From Paratractidigestivibacter sp. (GTDB lineage: Bacteria > Bacillota_I > Bacilli_A > Erysipelotrichales > Erysipelotrichaceae), in NCBI GenBank assembly GCA_963607765.1, contig CAVDDT010000034.1, positions 440 through 64,439 on the forward strand: DNA of 64,000 nt. Direction: 5' to 3'. The translations under genes and the position numbers were made by a program. Below, piece after piece: positions 9,038 through 17,667 of this stretch. Each line of letters opens with the position of its first letter. The stretch's first letter is position 1. Below the pieces are notes generated by a model, which was not told the origin of the DNA, ran no database searches, and worked only from the letters and a program-made list of their open reading frames with translations.

Positions 9038-10141
9038 ATGAAAAAGCTTTTAAATCTAATAATAATTGCATTTTTATTGTGTGGTTGTTTTAATACTAAC
9101 AACAATTCGACGCTTACTGTTTCAATAACTAAAGATGATGTGGTTGATAGAGCTGATATTGATATGACTAGCGATGAATTTAGTAAGTATGGCTTTGATT
9201 TAGGTGATAGCTTAGATATTGAGTTTTCGAATGGTGTAAAACTTACTGATGTTCCATATTTAAATGGTTACTATTTAAAAATAGGAAGTGTTATGGTCGT
9301 GGCCTATCCAAATGCTGATCGTATTGTTGTATGTAGAGTATCTAAGGGTTTTTGGTCCTTATATAACTTTAAAGATGGCGATACAGCTACTTTTACTTTA
9401 AACACAAAAGGGAAATATTTGAGTGTTTATAATACACTTGGTGATGGTTATTCACTAGATCGAGATGATTATGAAAGTGATGAAGAGTTCGCTAATTTTA
9501 GATGCATAAGTGGTGGAAATTTAAAAGATAACTTAATTTATCGAGGTGCTTCGCCTATTGTCAATAGGATGAAGCGTGCTTCTATAAGTGATGAATTGAT
9601 TGAAAAATATGCGATTAAAACGGATATTGATTTATCTGATTCTATGGATAAAATAGAACAAATAATGGATGGCGATGATTATAATTCTCCATATTTTAAA
9701 GAACTTTATGAAAACGGAGATGTTATTGCTTTATCTATGGGGCCCGATGCGACAAGCGATAGTTTTAAGGAAAGCGTTAAAATTGGTATTCAATTTATGT
9801 TGAATCATGATGGGCCATATTATTTGCATTGTGTAGAGGGCAAAGATAGAACTGGAATTGTATGTATAATTTTAGAAAGCTTAGCTAACTTTACATATGA
9901 AGAAATACGTGATGATTATATGCTTACATATTATAATTATTACAAAATCAAAGAAGGCGATGATGCTTATGAATTTGTGGTTAATAATTTATTAGATTCA
10001 CTTATTCAAACATTATGTAATATTGATGAATCGGTTGATTTAACTTCTTATGATTTGTTTGATGGAATTAAAAATTATTTATTAGATTGTGGTTTAACTG
10101 ATGATGAGATAAATGATTTAGCCACACTTATTACAAAATAG
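9038..10141 (+). CDS. Lipoprotein with C-terminal Cys-based protein-tyrosine-phosphatase-like domain
   Basis: Signal peptide with lipobox-like ..AFLLCGC.. Has the C-x5-R P-loop HCVEGKDRTG (Cys codon at 9830-9832). Strong SD aggagg. Confidence 0.7.
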   Translation: MKKLLNLIIIAFLLCGCFNTNNNSTLTVSITKDDVVDRADIDMTSDEFSKYGFDLGDSLDIEFSNGVKLTDVPYLNGYYLKIGSVMVVAYPNADRIVVCRVSKGFWSLYNFKDGDTATFTLNTKGKYLSVYNTLGDGYSLDRDDYESDEEFANFRCISGGNLKDNLIYRGASPIVNRMKRASISDELIEKYAIKTDIDLSDSMDKIEQIMDGDDYNSPYFKELYENGDVIALSMGPDATSDSFKESVKIGIQFMLNHDGPYYLHCVEGKDRTGIVCIILESLANFTYEEIRDDYMLTYYNYYKIKEGDDAYEFVVNNLLDSLIQTLCNIDESVDLTSYDLFDGIKNYLLDCGLTDDEINDLATLITK

Positions 10142-10149
10142 GAGGATTT

Positions 10150-10680
10150 ATGGAAACTAGAGTTAAAAGAAATGAGATATATAATGGAAAAATCATTCAT
10201 GTGGTATGTGATGATGTTTCTTTAGATGATGGTACTCTTACAAAAAGAGAAGTTGTTTATCATAATGGTGGAGTTTGCATTGCTTTAAAGGATAAAGATG
10301 GCAAATTCTATATGGTTAAGCAATATCGTTATGCGCTTGAGAAAGAAATGATTGAATTTTGTGCTGGCAAGATTGAAAAGGGTGAGAATCCTGATGATGC
10401 GATTTTAAGAGAATGTGAAGAGGAACTTGGCTATAAGGCGGAGAATGTGAAGAAATTTGGTTACATTGTTCCTACTTGTGGATATTGCAGTGAAAAGATT
10501 TATCTTTATTATGGTGAAGTTGGTGAAGAAGTCGGAACTCATTTTGATAAGGATGAGCGCATCTCTTCTTTGAAGTATTCTTATGATGAAATCAAAGAGA
10601 TGATTAAGAATGGAAAGATTGATGATTCTAAGACTATTTGTTTAATGATGCATATGGAAATGGCTGGTTTAAATGGCTAG
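10150..10680 (+). CDS. NUDIX hydrolase (ADP-ribose pyrophosphatase-like)
   Basis: Nudix box GKIEKGENPDDAILRECEEELGY. Length 176 aa. SD aggagg. Confidence 0.8.
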   Translation: METRVKRNEIYNGKIIHVVCDDVSLDDGTLTKREVVYHNGGVCIALKDKDGKFYMVKQYRYALEKEMIEFCAGKIEKGENPDDAILRECEEELGYKAENVKKFGYIVPTCGYCSEKIYLYYGEVGEEVGTHFDKDERISSLKYSYDEIKEMIKNGKIDDSKTICLMMHMEMAGLNG

Positions 10681-11461
10681 TTTCAATGATTTAATTAATG
10701 CATCTTTTGAAAACAAACAAGATTTAGAAGATTACCTAACTGACTTTTTTGATAAGTCTAATTTAGATGATTATCACATGGATGATCTTGCCAATGATAA
10801 ACAAAAAGAAGCTATTGCAAAAATGTTTGGCAATGATGATATTTTCCTTAGAGCTGATAGTGTTCTTTTTGAGAATAATTTTTGTTTAGAAGCTTTTTAT
10901 GTTTACTATTGCTTAAGCGATGACTTGGCAATTAGCTTTTATTTCAATTCAATGTTTTCTAAACTTATTAACTATGATTCTTTGGATTCTTATGAGAAAA
11001 AAGCTATCAAGATTATCTTGGAATATTATGCAATGTTTCTAAATGATATTCATAATATTACCGGGGCAATTGATGTGCTTGAATCTCTTGAATCAATTAT
11101 CAACGATGGTTCTTTCTACAACGATCGTTTAGCTATTTTGTTTAGCGAGATTGAAGAGTTAGATAAATTTTATAATTTATATTTAAAAGATGGTTTTTTG
11201 ACTATTGGTTCATATATTTTATTGATCATTGTTTGTCTTAAACATAATGATGAGATTAAGGCAAAAGGTGTATTTACTAATCTTCTTGATGATCATCCAA
11301 TTTGTCAATATATTGATCATGTTTGGGATTTGGATAATGATGATGGTGAAGAAGCTAAAATGCTTAAGAATGCCTTGGATTTTTGTTATCCTAGTATTTA
11401 TTCATTGCCTTATTTCTTTTCTTGGTGTGAACAAAATAAGGAGACGAGTTTGAAGTCATAA
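10673..11461 (+). CDS. Hypothetical acidic protein (262 aa)
   Basis: Long ORF overlapping the upstream stop by 8 nt. No recognisable motif. Confidence 0.5.
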   Translation: MASFNDLINASFENKQDLEDYLTDFFDKSNLDDYHMDDLANDKQKEAIAKMFGNDDIFLRADSVLFENNFCLEAFYVYYCLSDDLAISFYFNSMFSKLINYDSLDSYEKKAIKIILEYYAMFLNDIHNITGAIDVLESLESIINDGSFYNDRLAILFSEIEELDKFYNLYLKDGFLTIGSYILLIIVCLKHNDEIKAKGVFTNLLDDHPICQYIDHVWDLDNDDGEEAKMLKNALDFCYPSIYSLPYFFSWCEQNKETSLKS

Positions 11462-11479
11462 AGGAGTGTTTTTAATATA

Positions 11480-11764
11480 ATGAGTAGTATGGAAATTGAT
11501 ATTAAAAAATTAGATGCGATTAAGGATGAACTTGATTCTTTAGATGAGAATGATGTTTTATATATTAATGAAAATGGCAATTCAAAGTATGTTTTGCTTC
11601 CAATTGAAAGCTATGACGTTTTAGAAAATAAGAATAGCGCTAATGTTAAGATTGTTACTCCATTTAATGGTGAACTAACTTACGATGAATATGAGGCCAT
11701 TAAAAAACAAGTATTAGATATTTTAGATAAAACTTTTAAGCCAAAAAGAGAGAAACTGAATTGA
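11480..11764 (+). CDS. Hypothetical small protein (94 aa)
   Basis: SD aaggag upstream. No confident family assignment. Confidence 0.45.
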   Translation: MSSMEIDIKKLDAIKDELDSLDENDVLYINENGNSKYVLLPIESYDVLENKNSANVKIVTPFNGELTYDEYEAIKKQVLDILDKTFKPKREKLN

Positions 11765-12387
11765 TGAAAAAGGGATATTTTATTGTGTTTGAGGGACCTG
11801 ATGGTTCTGGTAAGACTACTGTTTGTGATAAGCTTTGCGATATTTTGATTAAACGTGGATATGATATTGTTCATACAAGAGAACCTGGTGGTATTGATAT
11901 TGCCGAACAGATTAGAAATGTTATTTTAGATCCAAAGAATACAGCTATGGATGCTCGTACTGAGGCATTGCTTTATGCAGCAAGCAGACGTCAGCATTTA
12001 GTTGAGAGAGTCATACCTTCTGTAAATAGTGGAAAGATTGTAATTTGCGAGAGATTTTTATATTCTTCTCTGGCCTATCAAGGAAAGGCTAGAGGCATAG
12101 GCTTTGATGGAATTTTGGACATCAACAATTTTGCGATAGAAAATTGTAAGCCTGATATGACTGTTTATCTTGATGTATCAGAGGAAGTGGGCCAAAGTCG
12201 TATTAATCAAAGAGCTAGTAAAGATAGACTTGATGCCGAATCTGTTAATTTCCATCATTTAGTTAATGAGGGGTATAAAGAGGTTCTTGATATGTTTAAA
12301 GACACCATGGTTGTTGATGCGAATAATGATGTCGATACGGTAGTGTCTGATTGTTTGAATTTGGTATTGAATTTAATTAATGGTTAA
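11764..12387 (+). CDS. tmk: Thymidylate kinase
   Basis: P-loop FEGPDGSGKTT, TREPGG, and a LID-like region. ATG at 11764; the ORF track starts at an in-frame TTG at 11761. Confidence 0.93.
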   Translation: MKKGYFIVFEGPDGSGKTTVCDKLCDILIKRGYDIVHTREPGGIDIAEQIRNVILDPKNTAMDARTEALLYAASRRQHLVERVIPSVNSGKIVICERFLYSSLAYQGKARGIGFDGILDINNFAIENCKPDMTVYLDVSEEVGQSRINQRASKDRLDAESVNFHHLVNEGYKEVLDMFKDTMVVDANNDVDTVVSDCLNLVLNLING

Positions 12388-13333
12388 AGAAATATTAAAA
12401 GAAAAGGAGGCCATTGCCTACCTTTCATTAGAAAATGATTTAAAGACTAGCCATTTAGCTCATAGTTATTTGTTTTATGGAGAGCTTAATCCTTTAAAGA
12501 AGGATGCGGCTTTTTTGTTGGCTCAAAGCATTATTGAAGATAAGAATGATTTTGCTTGCGAGACTTGCAATAGATGTCTAAGAATTAAGAATAACAATTA
12601 TTTTGATGTTATTTATGTAGATGGATACAAGAGTTTAATTAAACTTGAGGATATAGAAAACATCATGTCTGAGTTCTCTCGTACTTCTTTAGAAGAATCT
12701 AAGAAAAAAGTTTATATTCTTGATAATGTTAATAATGCTAGCACAAAGGCTATGAATATGCTTCTAAAGTTTATGGAAGAGCCTACTAATGACAATACAT
12801 ATGGTATTTTTATTAGTGATAACATTGACACTTTGCTTAATACGGTAGTTAGTAGATGTGAGAAAGTTCCTTTTGTTAGTAAAGATTTTTCTTTTTTGAT
12901 TGATGAATATATCCAAAGAGGATTTGATTATGTTGATGCTTATCTTTTAAGCAATATTAAACATGAACTATTGGATATTGATGTCAATGATGAATGTTAC
13001 TTAAATGGAAAAGAGTATGTTTATAAGACGATTGATAATTTGCCTAATAAAGACTATATTCCTGTTTTGTTTTCAAGGGAATTTTATAGTTGTGTTTCAA
13101 AGGATGACTTTAAGATGTGCAGCGACTATTATCTAGATATTTTTTTAAAGATGTTAGATGATTGTTTGAATAATGTTTCTATTGATGATGAAGAATACAA
13201 TTCTTATTTAGCTAAATTGAGTGATGATGCACCTAGACTTTTTGAGATTATGTTAGATGGTAAAGATAAGACGATTAATCCAGTTAACCGTTCTTTATTG
13301 TTTGACCAAATTGCGTTTAAAATAATATCATAA
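12380..13333 (+). CDS. holB: DNA polymerase III subunit delta'
   Basis: AHSYLFYG clamp-loader N-terminus and Cys module CETCNRC. Sits immediately after tmk with an 8-nt overlap. Confidence 0.75.
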   Translation: MVKEILKEKEAIAYLSLENDLKTSHLAHSYLFYGELNPLKKDAAFLLAQSIIEDKNDFACETCNRCLRIKNNNYFDVIYVDGYKSLIKLEDIENIMSEFSRTSLEESKKKVYILDNVNNASTKAMNMLLKFMEEPTNDNTYGIFISDNIDTLLNTVVSRCEKVPFVSKDFSFLIDEYIQRGFDYVDAYLLSNIKHELLDIDVNDECYLNGKEYVYKTIDNLPNKDYIPVLFSREFYSCVSKDDFKMCSDYYLDIFLKMLDDCLNNVSIDDEEYNSYLAKLSDDAPRLFEIMLDGKDKTINPVNRSLLFDQIAFKIIS

Positions 13334-13337
13334 TTAT

Positions 13338-14210
13338 ATGAGTGAAAATATTAAATATCTATCAGTTCGTTTTCAAACTACGAACAAAACATATACTTTT
13401 TCTACTGTAGACGAGTCTGTTAAAAATGGTGATGCGGTTATTGTGGAGACACAAAGAGGTATCGAATACGCAAGAGTAATTGCTGATCCATTTGATAAGC
13501 CTAATGTAGAAATGGAAATTAAGGGGATCATTAGAAAAGCTACAAGAGAAGACCAAGATGCTTATGAAAAAAATCTTGATGATAGTAAGAAGGCTAGAGA
13601 AATTTGCCAAAAGGAAGCAGATAAATTAAAACTTGGTATGAATGTCATTTCTAGCGAGTATACTCTTGATAGAAGTAAGATTACTTTTATTTATTTAGCT
13701 GATGATCGCGTAGACTTTAGAGAACTGTTAAAGGTTTTGGCCGCTATTTTTAGATGCCGTATTGATTTAAGGCAAGTTGGCACAAGAGATAAGGCGAAGA
13801 TGGTTTCTGGTATTGGCCCTTGCGGAAGGGAACTTTGTTGCGCAAAGTATATTACGGAATTTGATCGCATTTCGATTAATATGGCCAAAAATCAATTGTT
13901 GGCTTTAAATGTTTCGAAGCTATCTGGTCAATGTGGAAACTTGATGTGTTGTTTAAAATATGAAGATGAGGCATATAAGGATTTAAGAAAGTCTTTGCCT
14001 AAGATGAATAGTTACATTGAATATGAAGGCGAAAAATACAAGCTTACTTCAATGAATGTTATTGCCCGCAATTGCAAGCTTGAGAATCCTGAACATGCGA
14101 TTTTTATTTCATTGGATGATTTATCTAATAAGGGCAAGGTTTTAAAGCCTAAAAATAACAACAATAATAATAATCAAAAGAATAATAGCGAGGAAAGTGT
14201 CAGTGAATAA
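13338..14210 (+). CDS. ricT: PSP1-domain protein RicT (YaaT)
   Basis: PSP1 C-terminal domain with paired Cys motifs GPCGRELCC and GQCGNLMCC. Shows the Bacillus-like position after holB. Confidence 0.85.
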   Translation: MSENIKYLSVRFQTTNKTYTFSTVDESVKNGDAVIVETQRGIEYARVIADPFDKPNVEMEIKGIIRKATREDQDAYEKNLDDSKKAREICQKEADKLKLGMNVISSEYTLDRSKITFIYLADDRVDFRELLKVLAAIFRCRIDLRQVGTRDKAKMVSGIGPCGRELCCAKYITEFDRISINMAKNQLLALNVSKLSGQCGNLMCCLKYEDEAYKDLRKSLPKMNSYIEYEGEKYKLTSMNVIARNCKLENPEHAIFISLDDLSNKGKVLKPKNNNNNNNQKNNSEESVSE

Positions 14211-15021
14211 GGTGACACTTTTTTTAGTCGCAACGCCTATTGGCAATCTTACTGAAGCTAGTCAAAGAGTAATTGATACTTTAAGTAATGTTGAGGTTAT
14301 TGCTTGTGAGGATACAAGAAATACTAGAAAGTTACTTAGTCACTTTGATATTCATACTAAGTTAATTGCTTACCATAATTTTAATGAAGAGAAGGCTTGT
14401 GTAGATATTATTAAGTATCTTGATGAGGGAAAAGATGTGGCTTTAGTATCTGATGCAGGCTATCCTCTTTTGTCCGATCCTGGTTATGTATTAGTTAATG
14501 AGGTGATTAAAAGAGGTTATTCAATAAATACAGTAAGTGGTCCAAATGCCGCAATTAATGCGCTTGTTGCCAGTGGGCTACCAACTAATCATTATCTTTT
14601 CTATGGTTTTTTAAACGCAAAAAGTTCTAGTGCTAAAAAAGAGCTAGAGGAATTAAAAGAGTTCCCTTACACAATTATCTTTTATGAGGCTCCTCATCGC
14701 ATATTTAAGACGCTTCAAAATGTTTTGGATGTCTTTGGTGATAGAAGGGCGGTTATTGGCAGAGAATTAACTAAGATTCATGAAGAATACCATCGTGGTT
14801 TTTTAAGCGAACTTTTAAAGGCTGAAGAATATCGTGGTGAGTTAGTACTTATCGTGGAAGGCTTTCAAAAAGAGGAAAAAGAGATTGATTTTAATAATTT
14901 GATAGATGAAGTGGATAAGCTTGTTAAGGAAAATGTTAAGACTAAGGAGGCTATTAAGATAATAGCTGAAAAGTATAAAGTTTCTAAAAATGAGCTTTAT
15001 GATTTGTATCATAAGAAATAG
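14197..15021 (+). CDS. rsmI: 16S rRNA (cytidine1402-2'-O)-methyltransferase
   Basis: ..LFLVATPIGNL.. N-terminus of the tetrapyrrole-methylase-fold RsmI. Possible GTG starts at 14197, 14203 and 14212; 14203 has the best spacing to the SD gagga. Confidence 0.88.
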   Translation: MSVNKVTLFLVATPIGNLTEASQRVIDTLSNVEVIACEDTRNTRKLLSHFDIHTKLIAYHNFNEEKACVDIIKYLDEGKDVALVSDAGYPLLSDPGYVLVNEVIKRGYSINTVSGPNAAINALVASGLPTNHYLFYGFLNAKSSSAKKELEELKEFPYTIIFYEAPHRIFKTLQNVLDVFGDRRAVIGRELTKIHEEYHRGFLSELLKAEEYRGELVLIVEGFQKEEKEIDFNNLIDEVDKLVKENVKTKEAIKIIAEKYKVSKNELYDLYHKK

Positions 15022-15035
15022 CGCTATAATAAATT

Positions 15036-15141
15036 TGTTTTCAGGGCAGGGTTAGATTCCCGATCGGTGGTATACCCCACGAGCGTAAGCTGAACTTGTG
15101 AGATTCAAGTGGCGACAGTATAGTCTGGATGAAAGGAGACT
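15036..15141 (+). promoter_or_regulatory. FMN riboswitch (RFN element)
   Basis: Conserved core ..ttcagggcagggt.agattcccgatcggtggtat.ccccacgagc...ggcgacagtatagtctggatgaaaggag. It lies directly upstream of ribU. A possible -10 tataat is at 15025-15030. Confidence 0.85.
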
Positions 15142-15150
15142 TTTTATTTT

Positions 15151-15741
15151 ATGAAAACTAATTCTAAAACTCACTTAATAGTGATGGTTGCGATTCTTGG
15201 GGCACTAGCAGGAGTATTAATGCTTATTGAGTTTCCCCTTGTGATTGCACCACCTTTTTATAAAGTGGATTTATCTGATGTAGCTGCACTTTTCGCAGGA
15301 TATGCACTTGGACCTGTTTGTGGCATTCTGGTATGTCTTGTCAAAATTCTTATTTCAATTATTCTAAATGGTACAACTACCGCTTTTGTAGGTGAATTTG
15401 CGGCATTTGTGATGGATGGCAGTTTTGTCTTAACGGCTTGTGTTATTTATAAGAAGCATCATAATAAAAAAGGTGCTATATATTCATTGCTATTTGGAAC
15501 TTTAATGTTAATGATTGTTGGCGGTGTTATGAACTATTTTGTGATGATTCCAGCATATGTTAAGTTTATGAACATTCCTCTTGATACTATTATCTCAATG
15601 GGTAACGCAATATTTGGCTCAGTAAATTCACTACTAACATTAGTATTATTCTGTACAGTTCCATTTAATTTAGTAAAAGGAATAATTATTAGTCTAATCA
15701 CTTATTTGTTGTATAAGAGGGTATCACCTTTAATTAAATAA
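15151..15741 (+). CDS. ribU: Riboflavin transporter, ECF S-component RibU
   Basis: 196-aa protein with about six TM segments, immediately downstream of an FMN riboswitch. Confidence 0.85.
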   Translation: MKTNSKTHLIVMVAILGALAGVLMLIEFPLVIAPPFYKVDLSDVAALFAGYALGPVCGILVCLVKILISIILNGTTTAFVGEFAAFVMDGSFVLTACVIYKKHHNKKGAIYSLLFGTLMLMIVGGVMNYFVMIPAYVKFMNIPLDTIISMGNAIFGSVNSLLTLVLFCTVPFNLVKGIIISLITYLLYKRVSPLIK

Positions 15742-15746
15742 AGAGA

Positions 15747-15775
15747 CAAAAATCAGGCATAGCTTGATTTTTTTG
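15747..15775 (+). terminator. Rho-independent terminator after ribU
   Basis: aaatca...tgattt hairpin followed by ttttttt. Confidence 0.65.
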
Positions 15776-15831
15776 TACTTAAAAACTATTTTTTCTTTAG
15801 AAAATGTAGGAATTTTTTTCTTTTTTGGTAA

Positions 15832-16041
15832 GCCAATGATAAAAGAAAAATAAAGAAAGTTAATGAACTTATTAAGGATATAAAGAGAAATAATTCTAAT
15901 GGATTGGGCAAGTCTGAACTGCTGAAGGGCAATTTAAGTGGTTTGAGTTCTAGAAGAATTGATAGTAAAAATAGAATTGTTTACTATGTTGTTGATGAAA
16001 CAATTTTTATTGTGCCTTGTAAAGGGCATTACGATAACTAA
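15832..16041 (+). pseudogene. N-terminally truncated YoeB/Txe-family toxin remnant
   Basis: Open frame ANDKRKIKKVNELIKDIKRNNSNGLGKSELLKGNLSGLSSRRIDSKNRIVYYVVDETIFIVPCKGHYDN*. It is collinear with YoeB (..DKK..KKINELIKDI.R.PF.G.GKPE.L...L.G.WSRRI...HRLVY.V.....I..C..HY). A TAA lies immediately upstream (15829-15831) and there is no in-frame start, so about 20 N-terminal residues are missing. Confidence 0.7.
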
Positions 16042-16046
16042 AATAA

Positions 16047-16080
16047 ATGGCTATTAAGAAAACTTAATAGCCATATTTTT
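16047..16080. terminator. Bidirectional terminator (perfect 12-bp hairpin)
   Basis: ATGGCTATTAAG (16047-16058), aaaa loop, CTTAATAGCCAT (16063-16074). T-runs are present on both strands. Confidence 0.85.
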
Positions 16081-16645
16081 ATTTAAGATTGTTGTTAGTT
16101 TTTTCTAGCGAATCTTTGGTTTTATCAAGAACTTTGATAATCGCATCAAGTCCTTTATCTGCGATAGTTAACGCACTCTTTTTTACGTTATAAATAGTTT
16201 TTTGTGTTTCTTCGCTGTTTATAAAATCAACCACATTGTTTTTTAGATTGATTGCCATATTAGTGGCGTTTTTAACATTTTCATTTTCCAAGAATTTTTC
16301 CATAGTACTTTTTGAAGCACTTTCTTCTTCTTGAATTTTAATGTATTCGGCATTATTGCTTGGGGCAATTTCTTCAAATTTAGCGAATGCATATGCAGCA
16401 GCCTTGTTGCACTTTTCTTCTACTCTGTCTAAGAATTTATCAAGTTCTTCTTCATCGCTAATTCTATCTACTACACTCTTTAGCTTAACTGAGGCCTCAG
16501 TGATTGTGTCGATAGTCTTATCAGAAATTGTTTTTATTTTTAATGCTGTTTCTTCATCAACGTTTTTAATTTTCTCACTTGCGACTTTGTTGATGTCAGA
16601 AGTGATGTCTTGCATCTTCTTTATAGTATTGTCAAATCTAGCCAT
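16079..16645 (-). CDS. Hypothetical all-helical protein (188 aa)
   Basis: Strong SD (ggaggtgcatt-ATG) and a terminator at the 3' end. The sequence is charged with heptad-like character and has no TM segment. No family recognised. Confidence 0.6.
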   Translation of the reverse strand: MARFDNTIKKMQDITSDINKVASEKIKNVDEETALKIKTISDKTIDTITEASVKLKSVVDRISDEEELDKFLDRVEEKCNKAAAYAFAKFEEIAPSNNAEYIKIQEEESASKSTMEKFLENENVKNATNMAINLKNNVVDFINSEETQKTIYNVKKSALTIADKGLDAIIKVLDKTKDSLEKTNNNLK

Positions 16646-16698
16646 AATGCACCTCCATAAATATTATAACCCATTAAAAATAATGTATAATAACAATT

Positions 16699-17667
16699 AT
16701 GAGAAGAAGACCTGGATTTGATTTTGGCGGAATATTTTTCCTATTCATTTTAATAGGAAGTTTTGGCGGCATTTTAGTTTCTGGATTACTATCTTTACTT
16801 GCGATAGTTGTTCCGGTTGGAATTATTGGCTATGCCATTTATAAATTGGTTGGAAACAAGAATACTAGCAGTGGCAACAGTTCGGTAAATGTGAATAAGA
16901 ATTATGGTGATTCGATAAGAAAGAATGTGAATAACACTTATGTTAGTAATATGAGTGTTCCTGAACTAAATAAAATCGATAAGAAACTTACATCTTATTT
17001 TAAGAATAGTGTTTCTTTGCCTGTAATTGATACTGTTTCTTTAACTACTCAATCAGGAAAGTTTACAACTGTTGATCAACTTTATTTAACTTATAAAGAT
17101 GAGAAGATATGCAAACTTGCGGAATTTAAACAAAAATTTCCTGATGTTTATAAGAAGATTATGGAATTGTTATTGGTGTTCTCTTCTAAGAGCGACGATG
17201 TCTTAAAGGCTAATGTTGAAACTAACGAAATTAAACAAGAGGATAAGCTTTCTGATGCCGACAAGTATATCAATAAGATTGATGAATTAAATAGAGCCAT
17301 TCCTCAAGAAGAGATCACAAATGGCTTGTATCAAACTTGTGATTTGTTAAAGAAGATTGATGTTTTAAGCGAGACACATAGCGATAATAATAAGATTTCT
17401 AAGCTATATGATTATTATTTGCCTATTTTAACCGGTGCTCTTGAAAAGTATAAGAAGCTTCAGGATGCGCCTGTTCATGGCGATGAATTTAAAGAGTGTG
17501 AGGCTTCTTTGATTAAGACGATTGTGCTTATTAACGAGGCTTTAAAGACTATTTGTTCAAGCATGCAAGAAGATGATTATATGAATATTAATGCCGATAT
17601 TAATACTTTGCAAAGCTTGCTTAAAAAGGATGGATATGGTGAGGATCCTTTTGGAGATAAGAAATAA
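16699..17667 (+). CDS. Membrane protein with XpaC-like (5-bromo-4-chloroindolyl phosphate hydrolysis protein family) C-terminal domain
   Basis: Two N-terminal TM helices (FFLFILIGSFGGILVSGLLSLLAIVVPVGIIGYAIY). The C-terminal ..YDYYLPILTGALEKYKKLQ...INADINTLQSLLKKDG resembles the XpaC family. Confidence 0.6.
   Translation: MRRRPGFDFGGIFFLFILIGSFGGILVSGLLSLLAIVVPVGIIGYAIYKLVGNKNTSSGNSSVNVNKNYGDSIRKNVNNTYVSNMSVPELNKIDKKLTSYFKNSVSLPVIDTVSLTTQSGKFTTVDQLYLTYKDEKICKLAEFKQKFPDVYKKIMELLLVFSSKSDDVLKANVETNEIKQEDKLSDADKYINKIDELNRAIPQEEITNGLYQTCDLLKKIDVLSETHSDNNKISKLYDYYLPILTGALEKYKKLQDAPVHGDEFKECEASLIKTIVLINEALKTICSSMQEDDYMNINADINTLQSLLKKDGYGEDPFGDKK

Noticed and set aside
11480-11764. The 94-aa protein as a Phd/YefM-type antitoxin (segment ..NSKYVLLPIESYDVLE..).
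   Set aside because: The resemblance is limited to a short stretch. The downstream gene is tmk, not a toxin, and the protein continues with an unrelated C-terminus.
14154-14174. Seven consecutive Asn codons (aat/aac) near the C-terminus of RicT, considered as a slippage-prone repeat.
   Set aside because: It is an imperfect codon repeat in a low-complexity tail, which is common in AT-rich genomes. There is no evidence of phase variation from a single sequence.
16341-16721. 126-aa plus-strand ORF overlapping the minus-strand 188-aa gene and the start of the XpaC-like gene.
   Set aside because: The minus-strand ORF has a strong SD and a terminator. The plus-strand ORF is Ser/Leu-rich, has no SD, and would run into the 16699 gene in another frame.
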